A stretch of 64,000 nucleotides of DNA from Candidatus Binatia bacterium (GCA_963664395.2 OY761159.2:3232001-3296000), one strand, 5' to 3'. Counted from the stretch's first letter, positions 31,402 to 42,774 are shown. Numbers and translations are program-made. The notes: generated from the sequence alone by a model not told the origin.

Positions 31402-34400
31402 CTACTCCACATCCGTAATCACAAAGTTCTGACTATTCTGTTGCCATTCCAAGGTGACCGTCTGGGCCACTGTCGGGAAGTCCTCAACGACACATTCCCC
31501 CGCGACCCCCCGTAGAAACTCTTCTCCCAGGGTCGTCACCCGCACCGTGGCCCGGCCTAACTCTACGTCATCCACATAGGCGACGACTTCATGCTCCCCG
31601 TCCCCCAATAGGTTCCAGTTGAACAAGAGGCCAAACCCATTGTCCGTGTCCCCACACGCCGGCTCCGTGTCCACCCGCTCGGTGCCATACGCCGCCACCT
31701 GCCGCCCGGCGGTCCCAATCGCAAGCTCCACCGCGTCGGCGTCACACACCCAGCCCGAGAGCACCCGGACCCCACTCTGAAAGGAGTTATGCCCAGGATT
31801 CTCCAGAACCCCCGGCAGGGCGCTCGTCCCGCCCGTGGTGACACCGGCCGGGGGACTCCCCTCGGTAATCACAAAGTTCTGGCTGGTCTGCTGCCACGCC
31901 AGCGTCACCGTCTTGCCGAGCAGGGGGAAGTCGTCCACCACACACTCGCCCGCCACGCCCCGCAGAAACTCCGCGCCCAGGGTCGTGACCGTCACCGTGG
32001 CCCGACTGAACTCGATGTCGTCCACATAGGCCACGACTTCGTGCTCGCCTTCGCCCAACAGATTCCAGTTGAACAACAACCCAAAGCCGTTGTCCGTATC
32101 CCCACAGAGTTCTTCACCCTCCTCCGTATACTCCGTGTCGGCTCGGTCTGTGCCATACGCGGCGAACTGCCGCCCGAGGTGCCCAATCGCAAGCTCCACC
32201 GCGTCGGCCGCACACACCCAGCCCGAAATGACGCCGATGCCACTTTGAAAGGAGTCCGGGCCGGGATTCTCCAGATTGCCTGGCAGTACGGTCACCCGGA
32301 GGGTATAGCGCCCGGTCTGGCGGCCATTGCCCGCCACGGCAATGACCACTGGCCCGGCTTCGACCCGCACGCTGAGCCGGAAGTTCTGCCCCGCCCCGCC
32401 ACTGTCGGCGGTGGCCAGTTCCTCCCCGTTCTGCCACACCGTCCCCATAGTAGCGGTGGACCCGGTGGTTTCGACCGACAGAATGCCCGCGTAGGGCGCG
32501 TCGAACTGAAAGTAATCCCGGTCGCGGGCTGGCGCGATCTCGCCCGAGGTGGACGAGGTCGGCGCGATGGATGTCGCCGCCCCTGCACTGTTGCCGTGCA
32601 CGTCGCGGGACTGCCGCCGCCACCACCACCGCCCCCGCCCCCACCGCCGGTACCCGTCCCGCCGCCACCAGGTGGGGGCGGGACGGGGATACGGTGGGCC
32701 GCGGGCACTTTCGATAGCCGGGTGTTGCCGGCGGTACAGATGCCGCCAGCCACACAGGACTCGCCGGTCACCAGGCGGAAGGTGAGTTGAGCATTTCCGG
32801 CGGGACCCAGGGTGAAGAGGTAGGCGTGGGCCGCCTCGCCCGCTACGAGATGCGGCGCGACGCTCACGACCGTGCCACCGGTGACACTGACGGATGGGGT
32901 GTCGGCAGCGAAGTCTACTACCGGCTGATTGAACGCCACGACTACCGTCGGCTGACTCGACGGACCGGTGTGGAAGCCAGAGTTGGACGCACTGGCCGAG
33001 ATCGTCGCCGTCAGCAGACCGAGCTCGTCCGCCAAGGCCGCTGACGGCACCGGGTAGGCCCGGGTGGGAAGTACGACATCGCTCTCGTCATAGGTCATCG
33101 TTATTGACAGCACTTCCTCGCCAGTCTCTGGGTTCACCTCGGTGATCGACTCGTCGGGAGGAAGCGGGGTATTCGGGTCATCATCGAAAGTCCCCCTCCC
33201 CCAACTGACCAGCCAGTTTCCGCTGTCCAGCAGCTCGACATGACCCTGAGACCGCGCATGCCTGTTAAAAGCCCTGTGGAGCGAATGGTGGCGTTGGAAG
33301 GTCGCTTCGCCTGCATCGACATCGAGCGCATACTCCACCACTCTGCTGAATTCGCCGCCGGTCCGCGTGCTGTCACTCGTTTCCGGATCAACGAGGCAGT
33401 GGCCGCCGTTGTCGAAGAGCAGGAGATTCCCATTGCCCGTCATCCGTGCCGCATGTTGTCCACAGAACTCTCCGTAGGGATCGTTCAGAATCGTCAAGGG
33501 CGGGGTGCCGCCCCCGGCAACCCAGTCCTCTTCGCTCCGGTTGCTCTTGCCCAACCGCCAGATCACATCCCCGCTCGTGCCATCAATTCTCAAAATCTGT
33601 GAGCAACCCCTGAACGAGGCGATAATGTCTCCATCGGCTACGTCGAGGGAGTTGATGTGAGCGTAATCCCAGGGGAAACGGTGCTGCGTACAGTCCTCTA
33701 TGGCCATGTGATCCCAAGAATTCCATAAGAAAACCTGGCTCCCTCCCGGCGTCACTTCCTGAATGACCGAATCTTCCACGCTCTCATCACTCGTGCAGGG
33801 GCCTGGCATTCCAGATCCAGATCCGTAGGGACAGGTCAAGTCTGTGAGGTCCCGATGATCGGCGGGCTCATAGCCCATGAGCACATAGTTCCCATCATTC
33901 TTGATGACGAAGTCGTGGTCGTCGGTATGCGTTAATGGTGTGACGACCTGGACCCTGTCTGCCTCCTCAAGCTGATCGTCCAACACTACGCTTTGGGTAT
34001 TTTGAAGTAGGTCAGCCCTCCCCGTGGCGTTACTGGGGATGGTCGTGCCGGTTCTTCGGGCATAGGAGTAGGGGTATTTACCATTTCTATGAAACTTGAA
34101 GGAGGTCCCCCCGCCTTCGCTCAGTCTCCGGCGGAACCGTGGCACTCCGTTGTTGTCAATAATCGCGAGGTACGCGTCCTCCCGTCTTGCGCTTATCGTG
34201 ATGAGGCCATCCGAAGCTCCCGCTGTTTTGGTAGCCGTGAGGCGCGGGAAGTCGTCAGCCAGACAATGGACGACATAGGTCGTGCTTGCACCGCTGCTGT
34301 TGCTGAGCACGATGTCGATGTCATTCTCGCCATCGAGTCCCGTCAGTTCGACCTCTCCATTCTGATTCGCGACCTGTCTGCCGTTGACCGCCACGCGCGT

Positions 34401-35681
34401 GCTTGTCTCCTGCGACGACACCCGCACCGTCAGGCTATCGTCGCATCCCACGGCGTAGTGGAACGTGTCGGCATTGAACGCCGGGTACATCTCCCGGTCG
34501 GAAGTCGTGGTGACGTGGAGTACACTGAGTTTGAGCGGCGGCGCATCGTCATCCGCAATGATGACAGTCTGTTGTGTGCCGACCGCAGTTCCGTCAAGAG
34601 TTGCGGCGATGACGATGGTCTCAGCGTTCTCGTCGTGAGTATCGTTCACCGCAGTGATGATGCCCGTGACCTCGTGCCCGCCCGCCGGAAGGGTGAGAGA
34701 GAAGGGCTTTGAAACCGGACGGCCATAAGCACCGGTGAACGTGTAGTCGCTCCCAACCGTGGCACTCCCGCCGAGGGTGATGTCGATCACCTGCGCGGAC
34801 TGGAAGGTGACGCCATTCGTAACGCTGATTGTGACGGTTGCCGTGCCTGTATCCGCCTCTGCGATGCTGGGAGAATCAACACTCAGACTGAACACAGCCG
34901 TGTCGTTATCTTCCACCGTCACCGTGGCCTCACCTGCGTTGGCGTCAACCGTATAAGCGGAGTCGTCCGTGATGGTTGCCGTCACTTCGCTGGAGTCCTC
35001 GACGACGGTATCGTCGTCCGTCGCGACCGACAGGGTCGTGGTGCTGTGATTTACCGCGAAGGTCACCGTCGTATCCGACGGGCTGGTCAGTATGGAGCCC
35101 GTCTCTTGCACGCTGACGGCGACGAGCAGCTCGGCCGCCGTCGTCCCGGTTCGTACCAGGGTGAAGGGGGCGTCCGTTCCCTCCACCAGGCTTGTCTGTG
35201 CCGAAATCGAGACTTTGGGTAATGACTGTGCCGCCGCTTTATCCGGCGCCCCGAGAATAGCGACGGGCAAAAAGCAGTACCACCACCAGTCGGGAATGAG
35301 AGACCGAAACCGCCCAGGCGCACGACAAGCATGTGATCGAAGCGGCTGACAGAATTGGGGGAATATGCTGTTAAGGGAAATTCGGTTCGGAGAGACCGTC
35401 ACCATTAGCCGCAGGGCAGCCCAGCCATTGTGCAGCAAAAACAGCCCGCGGAGAAGCTTCCACAACCGACCTGCCCTTTCCCCAAAATGTATGCAGCAAG
35501 TATATGTTGAGGAGACGGCGTGGCGCATTAGGTGTACTCCAGAGGTTGGGGAGAGCGTCATACCTTGCGAGTGCTGTACCTCCTCAGGGGATGCTTCCCG
35601 TGCCGTCCTCGCTGATCGTCCTGCATCTGTCACCCAGAAGCGACGGTCTGTGCCGCCGCCGCCCCGGCCCACAAGACGCAC
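31402..35681 (-). CDS. Exported arylsulfotransferase (ASST)-domain protein with Calx-beta-like domains, poly-Gly, PPC-like and 2x conserved C-terminal domain; frameshifted at ~32605
   Basis: HDF, WNSWDH, DYAHINSLD, IIASFR..IWRLG, GQHAAR, LLFDNG ASST motifs; DVHGNS PPC-like start lies in a shifted frame right after the Gly linker; true start uncertain. Confidence 0.8.
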
Positions 35682-35817
35682 AGGGCCACAGTCATCACTC
35701 TCAGTCGCTTCATGACGTTCGCTCCTCTCTTCTCCCCTCTGTTGAGTTGTTCAGTAGGGGGGCCACCGGCACCTGGATGAAGGCCTCTAATCTAATGCAA
35801 TGCCGTGCTCCCGGTCA

Positions 35818-35836
35818 CCTATCAAATGATAGAAAA
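35818..35836 (-). promoter_or_regulatory. Palindromic box copy 4
   Basis: CCTATCAAATGATAGAAAA upstream of the ASST gene. Confidence 0.75.
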
Positions 35837-35855
35837 ATAACCCTGTCCGGGGACC

Positions 35856-35963
35856 ATGGACGCGGCCCTCGCCCACACCAATCCAAACAAGGTAGAAGCG
35901 GCCTATGCGCGCTCAGACCTGTTTGCACGCCGGCGGACACTCATGGAGCAGTGGGCGGCGTAC
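35856..35963 (+). pseudogene. C-terminal remnant of a P4-like tyrosine integrase
   Basis: Translates MDAALAHTNPNKVEAAYARSDLFARRRTLMEQWAAY (box II LAH..Y and C-terminal helix). Confidence 0.8.
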
Positions 35964-36280
35964 CGGGTAGTGTCCTGTACCGAGAAGAACGAAGATTGTA
36001 GGCCGGACGCGGCCGCCCAGTAGTCCATTGCCACTGAGTCGGACCCTCTCTGTTAAACAGGTCGTTCTCTTGATTATCGAGGTCGCGATCTGCCCTATCT
36101 TGCTCTGATCGCTCTCTTCGTCATTGGTAAAGGGTGTCTCGTAGAGAATACAATTGGAAGCGATTTTGGTCCTCAAGAGGAGAGTCTCTCACCCTCTTTG
36201 ACCCTGCGCGGTTCCTCTCCGTTCCGCCTCTCGCCCGCGCTTGCCGGGGCAGCCTGTCCCGCCCCTCCTAGTGGGGTAGG

Positions 36281-36337
36281 GCCGGGCAGGGGGACGTGGG
36301 GGGGGCTGGTCCTGGCGGTGTGACAACGCTCATCTGA
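36281..36337 (+). pseudogene. 3' remnant of a paralog of the LuxR-type regulator
   Basis: Degenerate AGQGDV..LVLAV/TTLI* versus SGKVDLVRLVLSVATFV* of 42775-43911; followed by a box at similar spacing. Confidence 0.6.
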
Positions 36338-36354
36338 CCCCCGGCCGGTGGGAC

Positions 36355-36373
36355 TTTTCTATCATTTGATAGG
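36355..36373 (+). promoter_or_regulatory. Palindromic box copy 5 (inverted: TTTTCTATCATTTGATAGG)
   Basis: ~155 bp upstream of the + strand gene at 36529; orientation flips with the gene. Confidence 0.78.
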
Positions 36374-36528
36374 TGGCAGGGACTACGGAATAGGTTAGGG
36401 ATTCTTCTCTAGGGGTCGGTGACCGCCAAAACCCACACCGACCGCCTGGCCGCTACCCGACAGTTCGGCGGACACTGGGCAAGGGCTCAGAACGTTGAGA
36501 GCCAGCGAGCAATTTCAAACCGAGGCTT

Positions 36529-39500
36529 ATGCGTCTGTTGCGCTCATTACTACCGCGAACCGCAAATATGCTCAGGACAGTTTGCTTGTCCCGACGAGTG
36601 TACTCGCTGGTTTTCGTCCTTGGGTGTCTCACTATGCTGAGTGTCCATGGTGGTCCGGTTTTTGCCGCCTACAACAATCCGGCCACCGATTGGATGCGGG
36701 ACGGCAAATACGGACTTCACGTCAAATATCTCAACTGGATTCGCAGAAACGAAACAACAATTGAGGAGTTCAATCAGTGGGTGAATGCGTTTGATGTCAA
36801 TGCCTTTGCAGAAGACGTAGAGCTGACTGGCGCAAGCTGGGTCATCTGGGGCTTGGGGCGGACGTGGTTCAATTCACCGAATGCACCGCTGGAAAGCACG
36901 GTCGGCGATTTCACCTCCGATCGTGACTTGCCGCTCGAAATCTACGACGCACTGCACGAACGCGGCATACGATTGATGCTGTATGCCGCCGGCGATAAAG
37001 CGAGAACTGGGGAGAATAGCGCAGGAAAAGTCGCCTTGGGATGGGACGGAATCAATGACAATTATACCCGCACTTTTGTTAATAATTGGGCGGATGCGCT
37101 GCAAGTCTGGTCGGATCGCTATGGAACAAAGGTGTCGGGGTGGTGGTTCGATCATAGCTACCCTGATTATGCTGTTTCGGATACCGCCTGTGGGACTTCC
37201 AATCCGGAATTGGCGATCTATAGAACTCACCTCCTTTCCGGCAACCCAGATGACGGCATAGTGGGTATTAACCATGGTAACAGGATGGGGGGCGAGCTCT
37301 GCCATAGCCCCGAAGATGACTATAGGGCTGGGCACATTAGGGAAGATTCCTTAGAAGTTGCATCTTCTCGATGGTGGAATGGACTGCAATGGCACTACAT
37401 GTTTCCGATTGGCACTAGCGGTTGGGGTTCCCCGTATGTCCGATGGGATACACAGGACCAGATCGATTACGTCATCGAAAACAACAGGCACGAAGGTGTG
37501 AACACCTTCAGCGTGTTTGTCTATACGATGCCGGGGGAGTCGGCTGAGGGTGTCGTAAAGGTGCCGGGGCACCTCAGCAATGCACAACTCCGGCAACTGG
37601 CAGCGCTCCGGGATGCTTCGCTAGGGTTTGTAGACAATACGTCGAGCGACATTTCCTTCAATGGTACCTGGGCGAAGCAAGACGACGGCATGGACTTCCG
37701 TGGATCGACGAGCTGGTCGGCGGTGGCGGACAACTATGCCGAGGTGGCTTTTACCGGAACCGGTGTGGAGGTGGTCGTCAGAAAGGGGCCTAACGGCGGC
37801 CTGGTCAACGTGGTGGTGGATGGCGCCGTGGTGGTGGATGATTTCGACACGTATTCGAGTACAACCGAATATAAGCAGACCATCTACGACAATCAGACTC
37901 TCAGTTCGGGGTCCCATACAATCCGCCTGGTGGCGACCGGCGAGAAAAACGCCAGCGCGACAGCAGCCGACGCCATGTTGGATTACTTTGCGGTCACCAA
38001 GGCGGATACGACGGCCCCGAGAGTATTGTCAATCACGAGCGACGCGACGCACCCGGCGAAAGACTCCTTCACGGTAACGATCGACTTCCTGGAGGATGTC
38101 ACGGGGCTCACGGCCGGAGAGATAGTGGTCACCAACGGCACAGGCGCGAACCTCACGGGCACGGGCGCGAGCTACACGCTCGACATTGAGCCGATTGCCA
38201 ACCTCGCAGGCGAGGTGACGGTGCGGGTTCCAGCCGATGCAGCGGAGGACGAAGGGAACAACGGCAACCTTGAGAGGAGCGAAACGTTCGCGGTGGACGC
38301 TCAGGCGCCGGCGTTCCAGAACGCGGCGGTGGACGGAGCCAGGCTGACGCTGGCTTACAATGAGGAGCTGGACCGGTTTTCGGTGCCGCCGACGAATGCC
38401 TTCACGGTGACGGGGAGCGCTCAGGCGCAGACGGTTTCCCAAGTCGTGGTCGGGGGCACGGTGGTAGAGCTGACCCTGAATCCGGGGGTCGAGCAGGGGG
38501 AAGCGGGGATCCGGGTAAACTATACGCAGGGGATGAATCCGATCCGGGATGTACCGGGCAATCAGGCAGAGGGACTGAGCCAGGTATCGGTGACCACCGA
38601 CAACCTGTCTCCGCTCCCACTCCTCCCGCTGTACACGGTCTCTTCGCCCGACGGCAGCCTGACCGCGACGGTCGCGGCCACCAGCGGTAATCTGAGCTAT
38701 ACGGTCAGCCGTGACGGGACCACGCTCATTGCCGATTCGCCGCTCTCGATTCGGGATGCCGCCGCGCACACAGTCACCGGGAATGCGACCACGAGTCACG
38801 ATAGTACCTGGGAGCCGACCTGGGGCCAGTTCAGCAGGATCCGAGATCATCACAATCGCCTGACGCTAAACCTGGATGTCGGCGGCCTATTGTTCGATCT
38901 GATCTTTCAGGTCTACGACGACGGGCTCGGCTTCCGTTTCGTGGCGGACGAACAAGCCTCGCTGTCGGGAAAGATCCTGAGTTACAAGGTGAGGTACAAC
39001 ATGGATGGAAGCTACTGGGCATACTGGCCCATGGGAGAAAGCTCGCCAGAAGGGCCACACCCCATGGATGCCCTGCCGAGTAATCCCCGCAGGTCGGTGG
39101 TGGTGGTCTATGCGGCGGGCAACGACGAGTATTTTGCATTGCTGGAGTCGGACCTGTTTTCCGCCGACGCATTCGAAGCAATTAAATTTTGGAGGGTGAC
39201 CGGAGAGGCGGCGTTGAAGACGAACCACAAATCGCAGACCGTGCCGGCGGGGGATTTTGTCTCGCCCTGGCGGGTCGTTCTGGTGGGGGATACGCCAGGG
39301 GATCTGCTGGAGAGCACCGTGGCGCTCAATCTGGCCGCACCGCTGGCGCTCGACGATGCCTCGTGGGTGAAGCCGGGTAAGGGCCTCTCCAACTGGCGGA
39401 CCCTGGGCTACCAGACCGACGACGGCCTCTTCACCTATCGTCTGAATACGGCAACCCTGAAGCGCTTGATCGACTTCGCAGCCGACAATGGTATTGAGTA

Positions 39501-42108
39501 CGTTGACGTTGACGACGATTGGTTCACGAGGATCAACAACGGCCAGCTTGTCAGCCAGGCATCTGATTTTGACATCGAGGAGGTCATCGCCCATGCTGAC
39601 ACCAAAGGCGTTGCCATCACCATCTATGTAGACCAGAGGCCGGCTGGCCGGATCACCAACACGACGGACAAGCAGCTCTATCAGCTCTTCAGCAATTTGG
39701 GCGGCTCGGCTATTAAGTACGGCTTCAGGAGCAACGACGCACCGTTCACCCGCGCCGCGCTCCGAGGCACCGCGGCAAAACAGATGCTGATCAATTTCCA
39801 CGACGATCCGACCCCCATGACTGGGGCGCGCCGGACAATGCCAAACGCCATCACCCGGCAGACAGGGTGGGGCCAACAGGACAACCGCACGGCCTTCGCA
39901 CCAACGGATTTCCTGGAAATGGCAATGATCAATGCCTTGCTGGGACCCTTCGATCAAGTCAACGGCATCTACGACCTCAACGAAATGCCGGATCGGGACA
40001 ATGGCTCCGACAATCTCATCAATTCCACCGTCGCCGGCGAAAACGCGCGGGTTCTGATCATGTTCAGCGGCATGATCAAGCTGCCGGATGTGCCGGAGGA
40101 ATACGCCAAGAAGGCCGACATGTTCGAATTCCTGCGGGAAATGCCGGTGACCTGGGACGAGACCCGCATCCTGCACAGCTCCCTGCCCCACTACATCACC
40201 ACGGCCCGACGCAGCGGCAAGGCGTGGTTTGTGTGCTCGGCCACGAACGAAAGCGTGAAAACCCTGAACAGCACCCTGGATTTCCTCGAGGCCGGCGTGA
40301 CCTACAATGTGACCTACTACGAAGACGATCATGATGGGACGCCGCCGACCCACTACATCGACAACCGCGAAACGTACCAAGTCCGTACCGGGATGGTGAC
40401 CAGCGCCGATACGGTGTCCGCCGTCATGGTCGCAGGAGGCGGCCACTGTATGTGGATTCGCACGCAGCCGGTGCCGCCACAGCCCGGCCACCCGGTGGAC
40501 GGGGTCCGGCCGGTGCTCCAGGGTGCGACGGTGGGTGGGGCCACACTGACGCTGACCTACAATGAGGCGCTCGACGAGGACTCGACGCCTGCGGCGAACG
40601 ATTTCACGGTGGATGTCGCGAGCGCCGAGAGGCTGCTAACCCAGGTTCTGGTGAGCGGCCGCACGGTCACGCTGACGCTGATATCGGAGGTAACGCCGGG
40701 CGAGACGGTCAAGGTGAGCTATACCGCGGGGACGCGCCCGATCCGGGACGCGGCGGGCAACGCGGCCGTAGATCTGACCGAATACACGGTGGGCACGCCG
40801 CCTCCCGTAGTCATCACGCCCCCACGCCCGCCCACCACGGGTGGTGGCGGTGGTGGCGGCGGTGGCGGCGGCGGTGGTGGTGGTGGTGGTGGCGGCGGCG
40901 GCGGTGGCGCCTGTACACAGGACGACGTACACGGTAACAGCCCTGCACAAGCCACTGACTTGGCCCTGTCTGTTGCGACCGCCGGTGCTGTCTGTCCAGC
41001 CGCGGACGTGGATTATTTTACCGTGACCGCCCCCGGCCAAGGACTCCTCTTTGTGGACACTCCCGGTGGAGGACAGACTCGCGGGACCATCTGGCAGAAC
41101 GACGCGGTCTTGGCGGCTGGCTCCACGGGGAGTGGTCAGCAGCCCGACCGGCTGGGCGCCCGCGTTGCGGCGGGGCCGGTCGTGGTGGCCGTGCAAGGCC
41201 AAGGCGGGGCAACCGGTGCCTACGCCCTGGTTGTCAGCTTCGTGCGGGGCTACCTGGAGAACCCTGGCCCGGATTCCTTCCAGGGTGGCGTGGGGGTACT
41301 GTCGGGTTGGGTGTGTGCCGCGAACCAAGTCGAGATCGCGATTGGGAACCTCCCGCCGCAAGTGGCGGCGTATGGGACCGAGCGGGTGGACACGGCCGGG
41401 ATGTGCGGGGATACGGACAACGGCTTTGGGCTGTTGTTCAACTGGAATCTGTTGGGGGATGGGGAGCATGAGGTGGTCGCCTTGGTCGATGGGGTGGAGT
41501 TAGGCCGGGCGACGGTGACCGTGACGACGTTGGGCGAAGAGTTTCTGCGGGGCGCCGCAGGGACTTGTGAGGCGGAGGACTTCCCGACGCTCGGCGAGAC
41601 GGTGACCCTCGTGTGGCAGCAGAATAGTCAGAACTTTGTCATGGCACGGGGGAGTGCCCCGGCCAAGGCTATCACGAGCAGACCGAGGGGGCTGACGGGG
41701 TATCTGGGGAATCCAGGCCACAATTCCTTTCAGAGCGGCATTGGCGTCCTCTCGGGCTGGGTGTGTGAGGCGAATCAGGTCGAGCTCGCAATTGGGGACC
41801 TCCCGCCGCAAGTGGCGGCGTATGGGACCGAGCGGCGGGACACGCGAGAGGTGTGTGGGGATACGGACAATGGCTTTGGGTTATTGTTCAACTGGAATCT
41901 ATTAGGGGACGGAGAACATGTCGTGGTCGCCTTTGTGGATGGGGTGGAACTGGGGCGAGCCACGGTGCAGGTGACAACCTTGGGGCAGGAATTCCTGCGG
42001 GGAGCTGAGGGCGAGTGTGTCGCGGACGACTTTCCCCGCCTGGGGCAGCAGGTGTGGCTGGCGTGGCAGCAGAATAGCCAGAACTTCGTGATTGTGGACG
42101 TGGAGTAG
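36529..42108 (+). CDS. Exported multidomain glycosidase: alpha-L-fucosidase-like TIM barrel + CBM-like + Ig-like + SwmB-like + GH97 + SwmB-like + poly-Gly + PPC-like + 2x conserved C-terminal domain
   Basis: RDLPLEIYDALHERGIRLMLY..RYGTKVSGWWFD; GH97 motifs SPWRVV, SWVKPGK, IDFAADNG, INFHD, PVTWDETR, ARRSGKAWFV. Confidence 0.85.
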   Translation: MRLLRSLLPRTANMLRTVCLSRRVYSLVFVLGCLTMLSVHGGPVFAAYNNPATDWMRDGKYGLHVKYLNWIRRNETTIEEFNQWVNAFDVNAFAEDVELTGASWVIWGLGRTWFNSPNAPLESTVGDFTSDRDLPLEIYDALHERGIRLMLYAAGDKARTGENSAGKVALGWDGINDNYTRTFVNNWADALQVWSDRYGTKVSGWWFDHSYPDYAVSDTACGTSNPELAIYRTHLLSGNPDDGIVGINHGNRMGGELCHSPEDDYRAGHIREDSLEVASSRWWNGLQWHYMFPIGTSGWGSPYVRWDTQDQIDYVIENNRHEGVNTFSVFVYTMPGESAEGVVKVPGHLSNAQLRQLAALRDASLGFVDNTSSDISFNGTWAKQDDGMDFRGSTSWSAVADNYAEVAFTGTGVEVVVRKGPNGGLVNVVVDGAVVVDDFDTYSSTTEYKQTIYDNQTLSSGSHTIRLVATGEKNASATAADAMLDYFAVTKADTTAPRVLSITSDATHPAKDSFTVTIDFLEDVTGLTAGEIVVTNGTGANLTGTGASYTLDIEPIANLAGEVTVRVPADAAEDEGNNGNLERSETFAVDAQAPAFQNAAVDGARLTLAYNEELDRFSVPPTNAFTVTGSAQAQTVSQVVVGGTVVELTLNPGVEQGEAGIRVNYTQGMNPIRDVPGNQAEGLSQVSVTTDNLSPLPLLPLYTVSSPDGSLTATVAATSGNLSYTVSRDGTTLIADSPLSIRDAAAHTVTGNATTSHDSTWEPTWGQFSRIRDHHNRLTLNLDVGGLLFDLIFQVYDDGLGFRFVADEQASLSGKILSYKVRYNMDGSYWAYWPMGESSPEGPHPMDALPSNPRRSVVVVYAAGNDEYFALLESDLFSADAFEAIKFWRVTGEAALKTNHKSQTVPAGDFVSPWRVVLVGDTPGDLLESTVALNLAAPLALDDASWVKPGKGLSNWRTLGYQTDDGLFTYRLNTATLKRLIDFAADNGIEYVDVDDDWFTRINNGQLVSQASDFDIEEVIAHADTKGVAITIYVDQRPAGRITNTTDKQLYQLFSNLGGSAIKYGFRSNDAPFTRAALRGTAAKQMLINFHDDPTPMTGARRTMPNAITRQTGWGQQDNRTAFAPTDFLEMAMINALLGPFDQVNGIYDLNEMPDRDNGSDNLINSTVAGENARVLIMFSGMIKLPDVPEEYAKKADMFEFLREMPVTWDETRILHSSLPHYITTARRSGKAWFVCSATNESVKTLNSTLDFLEAGVTYNVTYYEDDHDGTPPTHYIDNRETYQVRTGMVTSADTVSAVMVAGGGHCMWIRTQPVPPQPGHPVDGVRPVLQGATVGGATLTLTYNEALDEDSTPAANDFTVDVASAERLLTQVLVSGRTVTLTLISEVTPGETVKVSYTAGTRPIRDAAGNAAVDLTEYTVGTPPPVVITPPRPPTTGGGGGGGGGGGGGGGGGGGGGGGACTQDDVHGNSPAQATDLALSVATAGAVCPAADVDYFTVTAPGQGLLFVDTPGGGQTRGTIWQNDAVLAAGSTGSGQQPDRLGARVAAGPVVVAVQGQGGATGAYALVVSFVRGYLENPGPDSFQGGVGVLSGWVCAANQVEIAIGNLPPQVAAYGTERVDTAGMCGDTDNGFGLLFNWNLLGDGEHEVVALVDGVELGRATVTVTTLGEEFLRGAAGTCEAEDFPTLGETVTLVWQQNSQNFVMARGSAPAKAITSRPRGLTGYLGNPGHNSFQSGIGVLSGWVCEANQVELAIGDLPPQVAAYGTERRDTREVCGDTDNGFGLLFNWNLLGDGEHVVVAFVDGVELGRATVQVTTLGQEFLRGAEGECVADDFPRLGQQVWLAWQQNSQNFVIVDVE

Positions 42109-42129
42109 AGGACCCGCTCACTCCTCTTT

Positions 42130-42603
42130 TTATAGAGTCAGTATGAAAAGAACGGGAAGATTGCCTGCTGCCAGTGGGCGGCGTATTTGACCGAGGAACG
42201 CGGCACGGTCGTGCCGCTGGTGCGACGAGGGTAAGCTCCGAGCGACCAAACACGGGTGGTCATGGCCAGGGTTTTTATGCACCGGGTGATGGGCACTCTG
42301 CAAAAAAATGGGACTCTTCCGCTTTGGACTTATGGGCCGTCTTGCCACACCGTGCCCACCGTATCGACCCGTCCCGTGGTCTCGACCACCAGCGTCCCGG
42401 CTGGGGCGGCGGGGACGGTCGGGCCACCCCAGGACCGGCAAGGCACTAGCGCAGAGCAGAAAACGCTCCCACCTGCCGAGAACCGAGCCGAGGGTCTGTC
42501 CGAATGTGCGGATGGACTGCCGCATGTCACCAGGCGCTACATAATCTGAACGGGCAGGGGCGGGTCGCCCGGCTGCCATACACCACAGGCGTGTCAAAAA
42601 CAT
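42130..42603 (-). pseudogene. Decayed family member (PPC-like fragment)
   Basis: APAGTLVVETTGRVDTVGTVWQDG matches the PPC-like domain of 31402-32601; frames broken; box copy 6 upstream. Confidence 0.55.
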
Positions 42604-42738
42604 GCACGGCTCCTCCTCTTCCAGCCACCTCTCCGTCCTCTGCCGAGCTGTTGGTGTGGCGGCACGGCGTCGGTGTGGATGTTGCGGTCACCGACCCCCA
42701 GGGAAGGCCCCTTATAATTCAATGCCGTAGCCCGGCCC

Positions 42739-42757
42739 CCTATCAAATGGTAGAAAA
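42739..42757 (-). promoter_or_regulatory. Palindromic box copy 6 (CCTATCAAATGGTAGAAAA)
   Basis: One mismatch; lies between the luxR stop and the decayed gene; TATAAG 22 nt downstream on the - strand. Confidence 0.72.
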
Positions 42758-42774
42758 ATAACCCCGCCCTGGGG

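Noticed and set aside
31062-31412. N-terminal extension of ORF 29184-31412
   Set aside because: It runs through the box and the non-coding 114-bp repeat; the signal peptide begins near 31061
38887-40491. Long antisense ORFs (also 59058-60575, 60867-62321, 57176-58309, 1528-2454)
   Set aside because: Shadow frames of well-supported GC-rich genes on the opposite strand, with no motifs
40840-40908. GGY repeats as a CRISPR array or non-coding satellite
   Set aside because: In-frame poly-Gly linker; no repeat-spacer structure or cas genes anywhere in the window
20474-42108. Repeated C-terminal domains as DGR template/variable repeats
   Set aside because: No reverse transcriptase in the window, copies are all coding, and differences do not look adenine-specific
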